A stretch of 64,000 nt of DNA, from positions 15,735 through 79,734 of the forward strand of contig CAVPXM010000025.1 in the NCBI GenBank assembly GCA_963709405.1. Reading direction: 5' to 3'. The notes under the pieces were generated by a model. The model ran no database searches and was not told the origin of the DNA. It saw nothing but the letters and a program-made list of their open reading frames with translations. The translations under genes were made by a program, and so were the position numbers. The stretch's first letter is position 1; each line of letters begins with the position of its first letter. Source of the stretch: an uncultured Nitrososphaerales archaeon. GTDB taxonomy: Archaea; Thermoproteota; Nitrososphaeria; Nitrososphaerales; Nitrososphaeraceae. Shown piece by piece: positions 34,049 through 45,665 of this stretch.

Positions 34049-35325
34049 CATGAAAGGTATAAGATCTCCCTCTTTTGTGAGATTTCTGCTGTTTACAATC
34101 GTTCCATTATTGTTATTGTTATTGCCTTTAACTAATAGTGAAATATCAGCAGCAATAAAAATAACACCAGCGGCAGTAACACCACCAACACCAACAACAA
34201 ATACTAATATTTCTGCTAATACTACTTCTGCTGTTGCAGGCTCCTTCTCCTTCTAATGTAAACTGTATCAGCTATGATCCTTCTAATAGGATTATTACAA
34301 TAAAATGTAGATCTGCAACTCTAACTGATATAGATAACCAGCTTAATGATGATAGCATTTTAGACAGACAGGCTAATAATAATGGAGTATGGTTGCTAAA
34401 TGCAGGCATTCTAGTTGATCAAGGAGCTGTACTTAACATTGATTCAAAAGATGTAAAATGGCTAAAGATAATGGCAGATGGAACATCTGCATATCAAATA
34501 GACGTATTAGGTGGCTTAAAAATTGATTCGGTGAAAGTAACTTCATGGAATCCTAAAACAAACAATTATGCAACAAGTAACGGAACTAGGGAGCTTTCCG
34601 ATAATAAAGTAGTAAAGGGCGATCCTAGACCATATATAAGAGTAGAAGAAGAAGCGACAGGCACAACAGACATTACTAATTCAGAGATAGCATATTTAGG
34701 ATATGAATCAGGAGTAGGTGGGGGAAGGAGTGGTCTGAGATACGACGGTGGAAATGGAAGTGTATTGAGAGGCAATAACATACACCATCTCTATTTTGGT
34801 TTCTATTCCAGTGAAGTAGGCGGTATGGTCATCGAAAATAATCACATACACCATAATGGTCATTATGGTTTTGACCCTCATACTGGAACTCATGATATGA
34901 TCTTTCGCAACAATACGGTTCATGATAATGGTGGAATAGGAGTGATTTGCTCGTTGGATTGCCATCGTATAACAATAGAAAATAACAAGATCTATAATAA
35001 CGCCAAAAGGGGCATAATGCTTAGCAGAAATATGTCTGATTCCATTGCAAGAAATAACGTCATAAGCAATGAGGAGAATGCTATAACTATTTCAGAGTCA
35101 CACAACAATGAAATTTACAACAATATGATTTCAAATAGCGAAGGTGGAATAGATATAGACAAAGAGTCTCTTAACAATGCAATACACAATAATACTGTCA
35201 TAGTAGCTAATACGACACAGTCAGCATCATGGTCATCCGATGCCATAGCGGTGGAAAGTGGAGCAGAAAAAAATAATGCAATATATTCTAATACAATAAT
35301 GAATGGTAATAATACGGTTCAGTAG
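34049..35325 (+). CDS. Secreted right-handed parallel beta-helix protein (NosD/AlgG epimerase-like), frameshift near 34240
   Basis: Signal peptide in ORF 33924-34256; ITNSEIAYLGY, YGFDPHTGTHD, repeated NN.I.NN motifs. Confidence 0.85.
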
Positions 35326-35621
35326 ACATATAGTGATCTAATTTAACAGACATTATTTTAACGCCATGAATATCTTATCCAGCAAGATTATGTTTTGAAG
35401 TATCTTGAAACGAGTCTTTACTTAAGAAATAGCTTATACTGGGATCATTTTTGCCTAGTTTGGCAAAGTAATTACATCTATCTTCTAAAGTACACCCTTC
35501 CTTTAGTCCAAGGAAGTCAAAGAATCGTCTGAGACGACGCAGATAATACTCCCTCGTTACTGGAGACCTTAAAGCATAAGCAAAAAGAGAATAATCACTA
35601 GTTGTTGTACTTGCACAGTTA

Positions 35622-35666
35622 GGTTACATTATTAAGTACCTACATGGGTTACACTTTGCTGCTTAG
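35622..35666. repeat. Second copy of the 45-bp segment at 24167-24211
   Basis: Direct comparison. Confidence 0.8.
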
Positions 35667-36137
35667 TCCTTATACACAATTAATAAGATAAGGGGTCAGG
35701 ATGGATTGTGAGGAAGGTCGTGTGAATATACCCAGAGTTACAATAGTCGAATGTTTTGGAGAAAAAATAGATATAATATTTCCATGCGATGCTCATCAGC
35801 TCCCATCATGATTTAGAAAATGAAGGATCACAATACTGAAAAGAAAGAAATAATTGATGATAATAGCCGATTATGACTGTTGAGTTCTAGTAACTATGTG
35901 TGTGACAAATTTCCCAACGAACCGATCGTAAAATATGAATTCAGATGAAAAGGCTACCTTATTATCTTATCTTTCGCTTTCTCTTTATATGATCAATTGA
36001 ACAATCTTACGAACTATCAGATAATATGAGCAGTTAGTTACTATTTATTATACCATTATACCGTTGTCACCACATACAATTTGATTTCTGAGTTATACAA
36101 ACAAGAACCATTTGTAGAGTATTAGCGTAAAACTTAG

Positions 36138-36911
36138 TTAGTTATCGGCATATTTGTAGTAAATATTCAAGCACCTAATCTCATTAATTGGAACCACTGT
36201 GATATCAATATATCCGATTCTCTTTACACCTTTAGGATGTATCTGATAGTTTTGTGCTCCGAGTAATAAAAACATCAGCGAGCCCGGTTTACATACCCTA
36301 GCTCCTGTTCTAAGTAATTTTGAAGGGTTAGGTAAATCTGTTCCGTACATCTCTTTCGCTGTCTTAGCGTTATATGGTGGATCACACCTCCATCTGTTAA
36401 ATTTTGCGTTTGGAATAACATCAAGGTTCTGTCCATCAGCAACACAATCTGGATTCAAATCTGGATTGATATCAACCGTGAAACATGATGAAGATGAAGA
36501 TGATGGTAATTGTAATATTGAAGACAAAGAGGATTCATTCCCTTCCAGAGAGGAAGATGTCGCAATTCTTCCCATGATACTTCCGCTACATACTTCAATA
36601 GTATTTTCTTCCTTTCCAAAGATATGGTCAATCATTTCCAAGTAATTATATGGATACCTGCCTCGATCTCTTCCTCTCACTCGAACCTGGCCAGATATAT
36701 AGTCTGGACTGTCCTCAGTGATAAATAGTACACCTTTCGCAGGGCCAGCAAGAATGATGAAATATTTATTATCGTTGACATCCGTTTGGACATCATATTT
36801 GCATTTTATGAGATCAAGAATATTTAGGGTTGATTGATTTTCTTCTGTCACAACATACTTGTTAAATATAGTAATAAAATAAAATGGAAGGAAAATTATT
36901 ATGAACTTCAA
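36138..36911 (-). CDS. Putative amino-methyltransferase (N6-adenine type, DPPY motif)
   Basis: GRYP, IEVCSGS (motif I-like), TVDINPDLNPDCVADG, DPPY, ARVCKPG. Confidence 0.65.
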   Translation of the reverse strand: MKFIIIFLPFYFITIFNKYVVTEENQSTLNILDLIKCKYDVQTDVNDNKYFIILAGPAKGVLFITEDSPDYISGQVRVRGRDRGRYPYNYLEMIDHIFGKEENTIEVCSGSIMGRIATSSSLEGNESSLSSILQLPSSSSSSCFTVDINPDLNPDCVADGQNLDVIPNAKFNRWRCDPPYNAKTAKEMYGTDLPNPSKLLRTGARVCKPGSLMFLLLGAQNYQIHPKGVKRIGYIDITVVPINEIRCLNIYYKYADN

Positions 36912-37264
36912 ATAATCGGATCATTTGAAGATATCGTATAAGTTAAGAATTGATCATTATCAAAGACAGTTCTTGTTGATAGTAATGAATGCATGCATGA
37001 CTGCTCACGCATGGGCTACAATGACTTTTTTCAGGAACTTGTATTATTGTAGTTGTATAATCATTCCCTTGAAAAATAGGTATAAATAAAAAAAGAAAAC
37101 AACGATAATCGTATGGCCTAGGGAATGGTCAATTTAGTTAATTATCTAATCGCTTTTTACACCTGATGATTTTAGTTTCACAACCCTTTCGTTGTGAATC
37201 ATATTTGACGCTGTTTTGAGGCCCAAAGGAATGTAGAGGTGGACAGATATTGCATAATCGTAGG

Positions 37265-37289
37265 TGCGGGTTCGGTGGAATGCAAGACA
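37265..37289 (-). other. att-like site (tRNA 3'-end-like core), inverted copy of 47105-47129
   Basis: TGCGGGTTCGGTGGAATGCAAGACA versus rc of 47105-47129, TGCGGGTTCGGTGGGATGCAATACA (23/25). Confidence 0.7.
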
Positions 37290-37588
37290 AATTTGACTCA
37301 ATTTTGCCACCCAAAGAAAGAAAAAAATGATAATGATGAAGATTTATCCTTTCTTGCCATTTCCTTTGTCACTAGGCGGAAATGCCATTCTTCGGCTTCA
37401 GAACGATATCGAACTCTCGCAAACAATCAAGAGGAATCACTCAGCGGTGGTGGCCGTATGCAAATATATATAAAAATATGCATATTATTTTGTGCAAATA
37501 CTGCAATTATTATTTTTCTGGCCTTATCACCCTTTACCCTTTGATATGCCGCATGAAATTAATAAGATGCTTTTCCAACTCAGTTGAT

Positions 37589-38987
37589 ATGGGAAAGCTA
37601 CAGGATGGCCAAAGAGTATTAGTCTTACAAGGTGGAGGCTCCCTTGGTGCATATGAAGCAGGGGCCTACCAAGCAGTATATGAAAGCATCACTAAAAAAG
37701 ACAGAGAAAAAGGAATAAAAGGTAAGCCAGTTTTCGATATTGTCGCTGGAACGTCAATAGGCGCGATAAATGCTGCTATAATTGTAAGCTACGTGGTAGA
37801 AAATAATACGTGGGAGGGCTCTTCAGAAAGACTAAATGAGTTCTGGGAGTATTTGTCGAACGAATCTCCAATAGACCAGATTCCAGGTTTTACAGCTTGG
37901 TGGGATTATTTACATAACAACCTACACCCTGGTATTGCCTCTGGGGAGGCTCCAAGAAGATATTATTCATCAAGGCAATCTGTGATTACAGGAGTACCTA
38001 CAGCCTTTTCCCCTTCTGTCCCACTACTCGATACAAAGTTTTTTGATCCTCTAAATACATGGTTTCGCTTTGACAGTGAACCATTAAAGAGAAGTTTAGA
38101 GAGATTCGCAAAATTTCCAATAAAGACAACTTTCGATGAGAATCATCATCACTAACTCAACCAAGACTCATCCTCATGAGTGTTGACGTGGCAGAAGGAG
38201 CTGCTGTAACATTTGATAGTTACGAAAGGCAAGATGGTTCCAGAAAATCTGAATATGGAAAATATATTATTCAAAACGGGAAAAAAGTGGGACATCAACA
38301 CATCATAAGCTATAACGATGGGATTACATCAGAGCACGTCATTGCAAGCGCGTCTGTGCCTATCAATTATAATTATACCCCCATAGAGGTTGAAAGTTAC
38401 AACAGTAATACATGAACTATGAGAAAAATATTCGTTACTTCTGGGATGGCGGGTTACTGAGTAACACTCCATTATCACAACTTGTTAGACTACACCATCT
38501 TTATTGGCTCAAGGTAAAAGGTTTGAGAGACACTGTTCCGAAGCTAGAAGTATGCATAATCAACGTTAATCCAATGAAGCAGGATACAATCCCTTGGGAC
38601 CATGATGGTGTTATAAACAGAACTATTGACATAATCCTTTCAGACAAAACACAACGAGACCAAGAGGTTTTGTTACTTGTATCCGACTATGTCGATCTAA
38701 CAAAGAAGTTAATCAAAATTGCAAAAGATCATGGAGTGAAGGACGATATCATAAATAATTTATTGAATAGTAATACTATAAACCATGGCAAAGAAATGAT
38801 ACCTAGAAAATATTCGGATATTGTTGAAGGACAATTTGAAATAGAAAGGGTAGTACGAATAAACCGCAAAAGTGATGAATACACTATTTCAACTAAAATA
38901 CTTGACTTTTCAGCCAAGACAATTAAGCAGTTGAGAGAAGGTGGATATAGCAATAGTATAGATCTTAGTGATGTGGATTTTGGTTAG
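37589..38987 (+). pseudogene. Patatin-like phospholipase/esterase P1 (two frameshifts)
   Basis: LVLQGGGSLGAYEAG, GTSIG, WDGG across ORFs 37382-38155, 38176-38415 and 38412-38987. Confidence 0.9.
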
Positions 38988-39345
38988 ATGAATAAATAAG
39001 TAAATACATCTATCTTCTATTTTATTATGGAATATTGCTTCGTATTGATTTCTCCATTCACTAGCCTTGCGTCAAGTTTGGCCAGAGGACCTTGACATTT
39101 ACCAACCACTGACCCTACTAGGTATGCCTTGTCATTATACAGCACAATATTTTCCATAGCCATAGCGTTAATAGGCCGTAAGGTTATCAGATTTCCCAGA
39201 ACATCTAGAATGTTAAGTTTTGGGTTTTGGATTCATTCCAAATACGTCATGGGGGCAAATACTTACGGTTCTTTCCGACTTGCTGAAATATTGCAAGAGA
39301 TTCTTCATCGGTGAGTTCTTTTCAAAAATGTCATCGCATGACATA

Positions 39346-39476
39346 GGGCGCGGCTAATGATAGACACATAAGCTTCTATCATCATTGTCTATGTATATCG
39401 GGCGTTGGTCTATACATTTGATATTTCATTTTGGAAAAAGGTTTTTAATGTGGCATTGTACATTTCGTATTAGAAG
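39346..39476 (+). repeat. Dispersed hairpin repeat, copy B
   Basis: GGGCGCGGCTAATGATAGA..TCTATCA..ATGTATA..TATACAT..CGTATTAGAAG. Confidence 0.6.
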
Positions 39477-39581
39477 GCTTTCATCATACTCTATGTATCA
39501 AAGCATTAGTCTATACACAAGATCTATGTAGATATGCTCTTGTAGTACGATCAGATATTAAATTTCCTGCCATGTATTACA

Positions 39582-41264
39582 TTATCCCTCCTCCAAACTC
39601 TTTTTAAAAGACTCTACTAATATCTCAAGCTTTTCTATTTGTCTAACTTTTGATGTGGCATTAATGACTCGTTTATTTTTATCTATTTCATTAACAAATT
39701 TAGCCAATATGCTGTAAGCCGCTTCGTTACGTTCAAAGTCATTTTCTTTTAGAGAATTTGCAATCTGATCTAACATATTAATCAGGCTATTTTTGATTTT
39801 GTCAATACCATTAACGGTAGTAGAATCATCACCATCCAATTCCAAATTATTGATATCTTCTTTAATTAGCGATATCCATGCATCACATTTGCCTTCTTTT
39901 ATTAATTTACTTAATGTTTCCTCTGTAAGGTCATTTGTCTTACCAGAAACACTATTAACATAATTGGTATGTTCTATACGTACTACCTTGAGTAGTTCAA
40001 ATCTATCTGCTACAAGATCTTTGTATGTACTATGAACACCTGTAATTCTTTTACTTTTGGCTTTTTTTGTCTCTAAGAAATCTAAATCCTTTTCGAATTC
40101 ATGTCGTTCATCCTTATTATGCAAATGCTCTCTTGCAATACATTTCAAATGGTTGATAAGATCTTTATAGTCTGTAATCAAATTGGCTACTTTTTCATCA
40201 TAATGCGAATTTCTGTCAAAATATGTTATATCATTGTGTCTATCTTTAACTCCATCATAATCTGTTGGAATATTTGTTTGCTTTGAAGGATGTAAATTAA
40301 CTATGTATACTTCTAAATCTGGAATCTTGTCATCAGTATTGTTTTTTGTATTTTTCCAATAATCCTGATGAGCTTGCAAAAGTTCTCTAAATGGAGTGTT
40401 ACTCAACATACCCCCATCCCAGAACTTATGCCCATTAATTTCTCGGTAATCATAAATTTCTGGTACCGCCCCGCTAGCCATAACTTGGTCTATAGTTATA
40501 CCAGCATCATATCTTATCACATTTTCATATCCTTTTCCAGCAATATAGTTACCGTACTCTGACTTTCTAGAGCCATCTGATTTTTGGTAACTATCAAATG
40601 TTACTGTTTCGCCCGCGGCTACATCAACACTACATACTAGTAATCTGGGTTGTTTTTCATCAAATTTTGTTGCTATTGGAAAATGTGCAAAATGTTCTAT
40701 ACTATCTTGTAACGGCTTGGCGCTATGAATAATCCATTTAGGAGTCTTATCATCATCATCAAGGAACTTGAAATCAAGCCGTTGCTCATAGGAAGAAATA
40801 TACATGTTTGGTACTCCATTGATAGAAAAGTATTTTGCTGAATAGTATCTTCTGGCAGCCTCTTTTGAAGCAACACCTCCAGTATTCTTATTTGATGCCT
40901 CCTGCCACTTAGTCCATCCTGAAACTTTCTCAATCTCTCCTTGTGGTGGAGTATAAGCTTGCCCATTTTTCTTATCTATCCAAAATGAGTTAAGTGATTC
41001 CGCTGCCTTTTCCCAATTTCCAGTTTGCAGAAATTGACTTACTAAAATTGCACCATTCATGGCACCTATCGAAGTACCAGCGATGATATCAAATAGTAGT
41101 CTATTTTCTCCATTTTTATTGCTGACTTCCTTATCTTCCTCTGCAAGCTTCTTACATAATACCTTGAGCACACCAGCCTCATAAGCGCCGAGTGATCCTC
41201 CTCCTCCGAGAACAAGAGCTCTTTGCTTCTTAGGTACCGTCATATTATTATTACTTTTAGACAT
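39582..41264 (-). CDS. Patatin-like phospholipase/esterase P2 (intact, with C-terminal extension)
   Basis: LVLGGGGSLGAYEAG, AGTSIG, FWDGG. Confidence 0.93.
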   Translation of the reverse strand: MSKSNNNMTVPKKQRALVLGGGGSLGAYEAGVLKVLCKKLAEEDKEVSNKNGENRLLFDIIAGTSIGAMNGAILVSQFLQTGNWEKAAESLNSFWIDKKNGQAYTPPQGEIEKVSGWTKWQEASNKNTGGVASKEAARRYYSAKYFSINGVPNMYISSYEQRLDFKFLDDDDKTPKWIIHSAKPLQDSIEHFAHFPIATKFDEKQPRLLVCSVDVAAGETVTFDSYQKSDGSRKSEYGNYIAGKGYENVIRYDAGITIDQVMASGAVPEIYDYREINGHKFWDGGMLSNTPFRELLQAHQDYWKNTKNNTDDKIPDLEVYIVNLHPSKQTNIPTDYDGVKDRHNDITYFDRNSHYDEKVANLITDYKDLINHLKCIAREHLHNKDERHEFEKDLDFLETKKAKSKRITGVHSTYKDLVADRFELLKVVRIEHTNYVNSVSGKTNDLTEETLSKLIKEGKCDAWISLIKEDINNLELDGDDSTTVNGIDKIKNSLINMLDQIANSLKENDFERNEAAYSILAKFVNEIDKNKRVINATSKVRQIEKLEILVESFKKSLEEG

Positions 41265-42959
41265 TGAAATATTCTCATTGATTGCATATCTTTAACATTT
41301 AATCTAATGCCTTACGAATATGCTTTTTGTGTTAGAGGGTTTATCATGATTTCGCGCTATTGCCTACATCCATGACTTGTAGATTATGCTCCACTATAAT
41401 TATGAGTCATAAGCGGTCCAAAAACGCCAATCGGATCATTTGCTGGAAGGATCGAAGTCGGTGGTTTTGCTTATGATGTAACAGCTCAGCTCACGATATC
41501 AGATACAGGTACAATGACATTATCTATTCATTCCATGCCAAGGCCTTATGATAGACAATTGATCTCAGATACATTTGCTACTGATGACGCATTTATGGAC
41601 AGAACTCTCATGTTTCAGAATGGCGATTGGCTTATGACAAGCTTCAAGGCGACAAATACACAGAACGTTCCAGTATTCTTTCATGCAATAAATAATGAGG
41701 AGTGGATACTCAATAGATGATACCAAATTAATACTAATTACATTATCTAAAATGTTTAAGTATCCTATTCCTAAAACAGATACATCATAAAATTCCAAGA
41801 TGCTACGTATTCTTAGATAAGGCACCTCAACACTATAAATCTCATAAAATAAAGAAGTACTCCGAAGACCATGAGGATAGTCTAATACCACTCTATCTTC
41901 CAACAGCATCACCTGAGTTCATCGTACTGGAAGAATGCTGGAATATATCTAAAAATGATCTGTTAGTGCATTCTCATTTCATTATTACCTCTTTCTTTAA
42001 TGTTGATATATTTTTCATTATTATTCTCGAATTCTCTTGCTGATTCTTTCAGTTCTAGTCTTTCTTGATGCAGAGTATCTATCAGAGCTGGTGACCGGAC
42101 GATTCTTGTCCTTTTAGAGTATAAAGAGTAACAAGATCCTTTACTACCTGCAATAACCATTTCGTCATACGGGAAGTGGTTAGTTACTCAAGCCGCCTGC
42201 TAATGAGTGTCTGCTCGAGTCGACTTTCTATGGAACGCCAATCTGTCGTCGTCACCATCGGCCTGTTTTTTGCAAGCAATAGAAGAGTTGATGCCCAAGA
42301 TGACACGAAGGCGTTTAGGTTCGTTGTTACGACATCCAGTGCCGAGGCAAAGATCTGTCGGCCCGTCCCAAGAGAAATGAATACAGGCAGCAATTAGTAT
42401 CATTACGTTTTGAGTGAATACCATTACAATCAAAATTGCAATAACCGCAGACGATATGCCGATGACGGCGGCGCTAGATTTAAAGTAGTTAGTCGGCTGT
42501 CCAATTAACTTGATATTGTAATCTGCTCCTGATTTTGTTTTTTTGCGAAGAAGGAATATGAATAGAGCATTGACAAATAGCAAGTTAACAAGGTGCTTTA
42601 CCATCTCTTTCATGATGAAAGTTATTCCGGTAGCATCTTGCATGATGACTTGAGCGACTCACTACTTAAAAGATGTTGTATGTAAGCATGAGATGACATA
42701 TCATGGTTGAATTGGACTAGATCCGAAAAGTTTGAATCACATAATCCTTACCAGCATCAGGTGCAAGTTGTTTTAATTATTAGTCTTACGGTATACGTTG
42801 GGTTTCTGATCCCGTTATTCGTGACTATTCCAATATTAAACTTGGATTCTGTTATGATAACTTAGTCTGCTATTGTTGGCATGCTACTTTACACTACTCG
42901 CGGTCTCGACTCGAGATTCTTCGGTTTTTTCTTGATACCATCCAAGGATATTATCAAAC

Positions 42960-44703
42960 AAGAATACACCAGGGGTAGCTTCGATCGAGGCAGACAAGAA
43001 GATATTATTCCGTAAAATACTATTACTTCAATGGCGCACCTAAGGTACAAGAACCGCTCAGACCTAGATCTGATATAAGATTCCTTGATGATAACTTAGA
43101 ACCTATCCCAAAAATATCTTTCTGAACAGATGATCATAAAACAGGAGAACTGTACCAGTCCAAGGTAGTTCTCTGCCTTCTTTTCATACCGTGTGAACAG
43201 TTTTCTGAACCTGTTGTGCCATGAGTTTGTCCTTTCCACAACCCATCTTTTTGCAGAATGTTTTTTCCGGTTTAAGGAAGGTTGCGTTTCCGTCTTGACC
43301 TCCTCCTCTTTTTCACCCCTCTTTCTTTTGGGACTAATGTGCAGGACATATCCCCGCCTGATTAGTTCCTGTTCTTCTTGTGTGGAATTATATGCTTTGT
43401 CAAGACATAGATGTTGTAACCTTCTCCTTCTTCCCTTTCTTCTTGATTTCGGTTTGGATGATGATGACGGCTTTTTAATAACTGAATTATCAACCATATC
43501 TATTACCAGTTTAATGTCATGGGTACTCGCAGATGAAATGACCGCCGAAAGCGGTATACCTTCTTTGTCTGTTAAAATGTGTCTTTTTGTGCCCAGTTTG
43601 CTCCTGTCCGTGGGATTATTTCCGGTCATCGCCCCCCTAAAGGCGATTTTATGGATATACTATCGATTGATTGCCATGTCCAGTTGATACCAATGATTTG
43701 ATCATATATTTGAGTGGGTAGCATCTTCCATTGGCCCAGTTCTAAGGATGTATAAAACTCCGTACCCTTCTGTAGGGGAAATTGGCCGACCCACTGTTTA
43801 AACATCGACTATAATCGTATCGAATTTTGGGATAGGCTCTTAATACCTGGTTTATTCATAGCTCAGATCGCTTAAAAAAAACAATTCTAAATTTTGCAAG
43901 ATCTCGAATAGCGACTACACATGAGAAAAATGAACCTAGGTTGCTTATATTTACTGTGGACGCGCTGAAGGTGATTCGATAGCTATCCTAAACCAGACGG
44001 CCACAGGAAGTCCGAGTATGGCATGTATCCAACGAAAAAAGGGTATAGAAATGTGATAAAATATGATGATGGGATCAACATAGATCATATTATGGCAAGT
44101 GGCACATTACCAGAATATTATGATTACAAAGAACTGATTCGGCATAAATTCTGGGATGGTGGACTCAGTAATACTCCATTTTTACAAGCACATCAAAGAT
44201 ATTGGCTCGATGTAGTACCACAGACAATAAAAGATAACGATATCTGTGTTCCAGATTTAGAGGTCTATATCGTAAACCTGCACCCATCAAAGCAGTATAA
44301 TCTTCCTATTGACCATGATGGAGTAAAAGATAGACAAAATGATATAATATTTGGGGATAGAAGTTCTCATTATGATGAAAGACTAGCACACTTAGTATCG
44401 GATCTGCAAGATTTTGCAACTCAAATGAAGGATCTTTCAACAGAATCGATTTCCAAAGTTAGTAAGGAATCAGACAAGAGAAAATTGAAGGGAAAATTTG
44501 ACAATATCATAGCGACAACTTCTACTAGCAAAGATTTCAAAGGTCAACGGTGTACATATGATGTCCTTGCCAAAGTAGTCCGAATTGAAAGGACAAATTA
44601 TACTAATTCTATTTTTGGCAAGACTGGAGATTTTACCGCCAAAACAATAGATGAGTTAATAGAGGAAGGTACCAATGATGCTAATAAGGTATTACTGAGA
44701 TGA
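42960..44703 (+). pseudogene. Patatin P3 remnant: N-terminus lost, IS5 inserted
   Basis: KNTPGVAS..RRYYSVKY..FLDDN left of the IS; WFIHSS..EPRLL..RKSEYG..FWDGG right of it; closest to P2. Confidence 0.85.
43099..43839 (-). mobile_element. IS5 type A copy with OrfA deletions, 741 bp
   Basis: Same TIRs as 1701-2672; TTA TSD at 43096-43098 and 43840-43842; OrfB almost identical. Confidence 0.92.
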
Positions 44704-44844
44704 CTAGGGCATTCTACAATCACTTCGGCTTTTATTTCACGCACGATAGATGAGCTCGATCACGAATTCCCTTAACTGGTCCCTACTAGACAGTATCGGA
44801 TATTCATCAAACCGATATGGCCATACCGGAGCCCGACCGAATGC

Positions 44845-44969
44845 GACGTGCAGCATATCGTATTATAAACATTTTCTAAATCGAGAGATTATAGATGTTT
44901 AGACTAACGGTTTTGATATACATAGATAATAGTGATAAAATTCATTTGCATATCTATCATGAGGCGCGC
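44845..44969 (-). repeat. Dispersed hairpin repeat, copy C (inverted)
   Basis: rc GCGCGCCTCATGATAGATATG..TTTATCACTATTATCTATGTATATC..CGTTAGTCTAAACAT. Confidence 0.6.
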
Positions 44970-45173
44970 TAACTAAATCATATAAGGATAACAATTCATT
45001 AGGAGAGCGCCGTCCAGCCACGCTGATGAGTTATTTTCATTAAATTATATAATTAAATTATATGAATATATGATTACCCACACATTAGGTTCTCTATCTT
45101 TCCACTGAAAACTAGGAAATGAGGGTAATACTCTTCTATAACAAACGCTGAAATAAGTCCTAAATATTAAATC

Positions 45174-45419
45174 ATGGAATGCGTCAAGTTTTCTATGGTA
45201 ACTATCACTGTTATTGTCGTAATAGCCATTATTATTTCGATAACTATGACTATGACAGCATACATCCATACAGCAAAAGCAGAACTCAACATTGACCAAA
45301 TGATTAAGAAGGATCATGACTTGGCTAACGCAATTAGAGGCATACCGGAAAACTGTGAACAAAACATGACCGGCTCTGGAAACTCACCATCGTCTAGTAT
45401 GAGTGTCCAATGTAAGTAA
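45174..45419 (+). CDS. Small secreted protein with a Cys pair
   Basis: Hydrophobic leader ending in AKA; NC..QCK. Confidence 0.55.
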   Translation: MECVKFSMVTITVIVVIAIIISITMTMTAYIHTAKAELNIDQMIKKDHDLANAIRGIPENCEQNMTGSGNSPSSSMSVQCK

Positions 45420-45665
45420 GTAAGAAAAAAGCATGGAATAGGATAGGTTGATGGAACTTAAATGATAATTGTGGTTATCCTATTCCAATAATAGGAAAGA
45501 TCAATAGGATTACTTGAAGGAATTTATTTCAGATCCTTCAGTAATCTGTCATTCTTTTCCATCAGATGATAACATTATGCATATATCTATCATGAGGTGC
45601 ATAAATCAATAGGCGGATGACGTGGTGGCTTCTTCGTATCGATTCCCTCTCGCTTCTTTGCTTTA

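Noticed and set aside
37382-37588. N-terminal extension of patatin P1
   Set aside because: Homology with P2 begins at ATG 37589
37589-44703. CBASS or other complete defence system around the patatins
   Set aside because: No CD-NTase, Cap2/3 or other partner gene recognised nearby
45005-45032. Fluoride riboswitch or hammerhead ribozyme (GCTGATGA)
   Set aside because: Remaining conserved elements are absent
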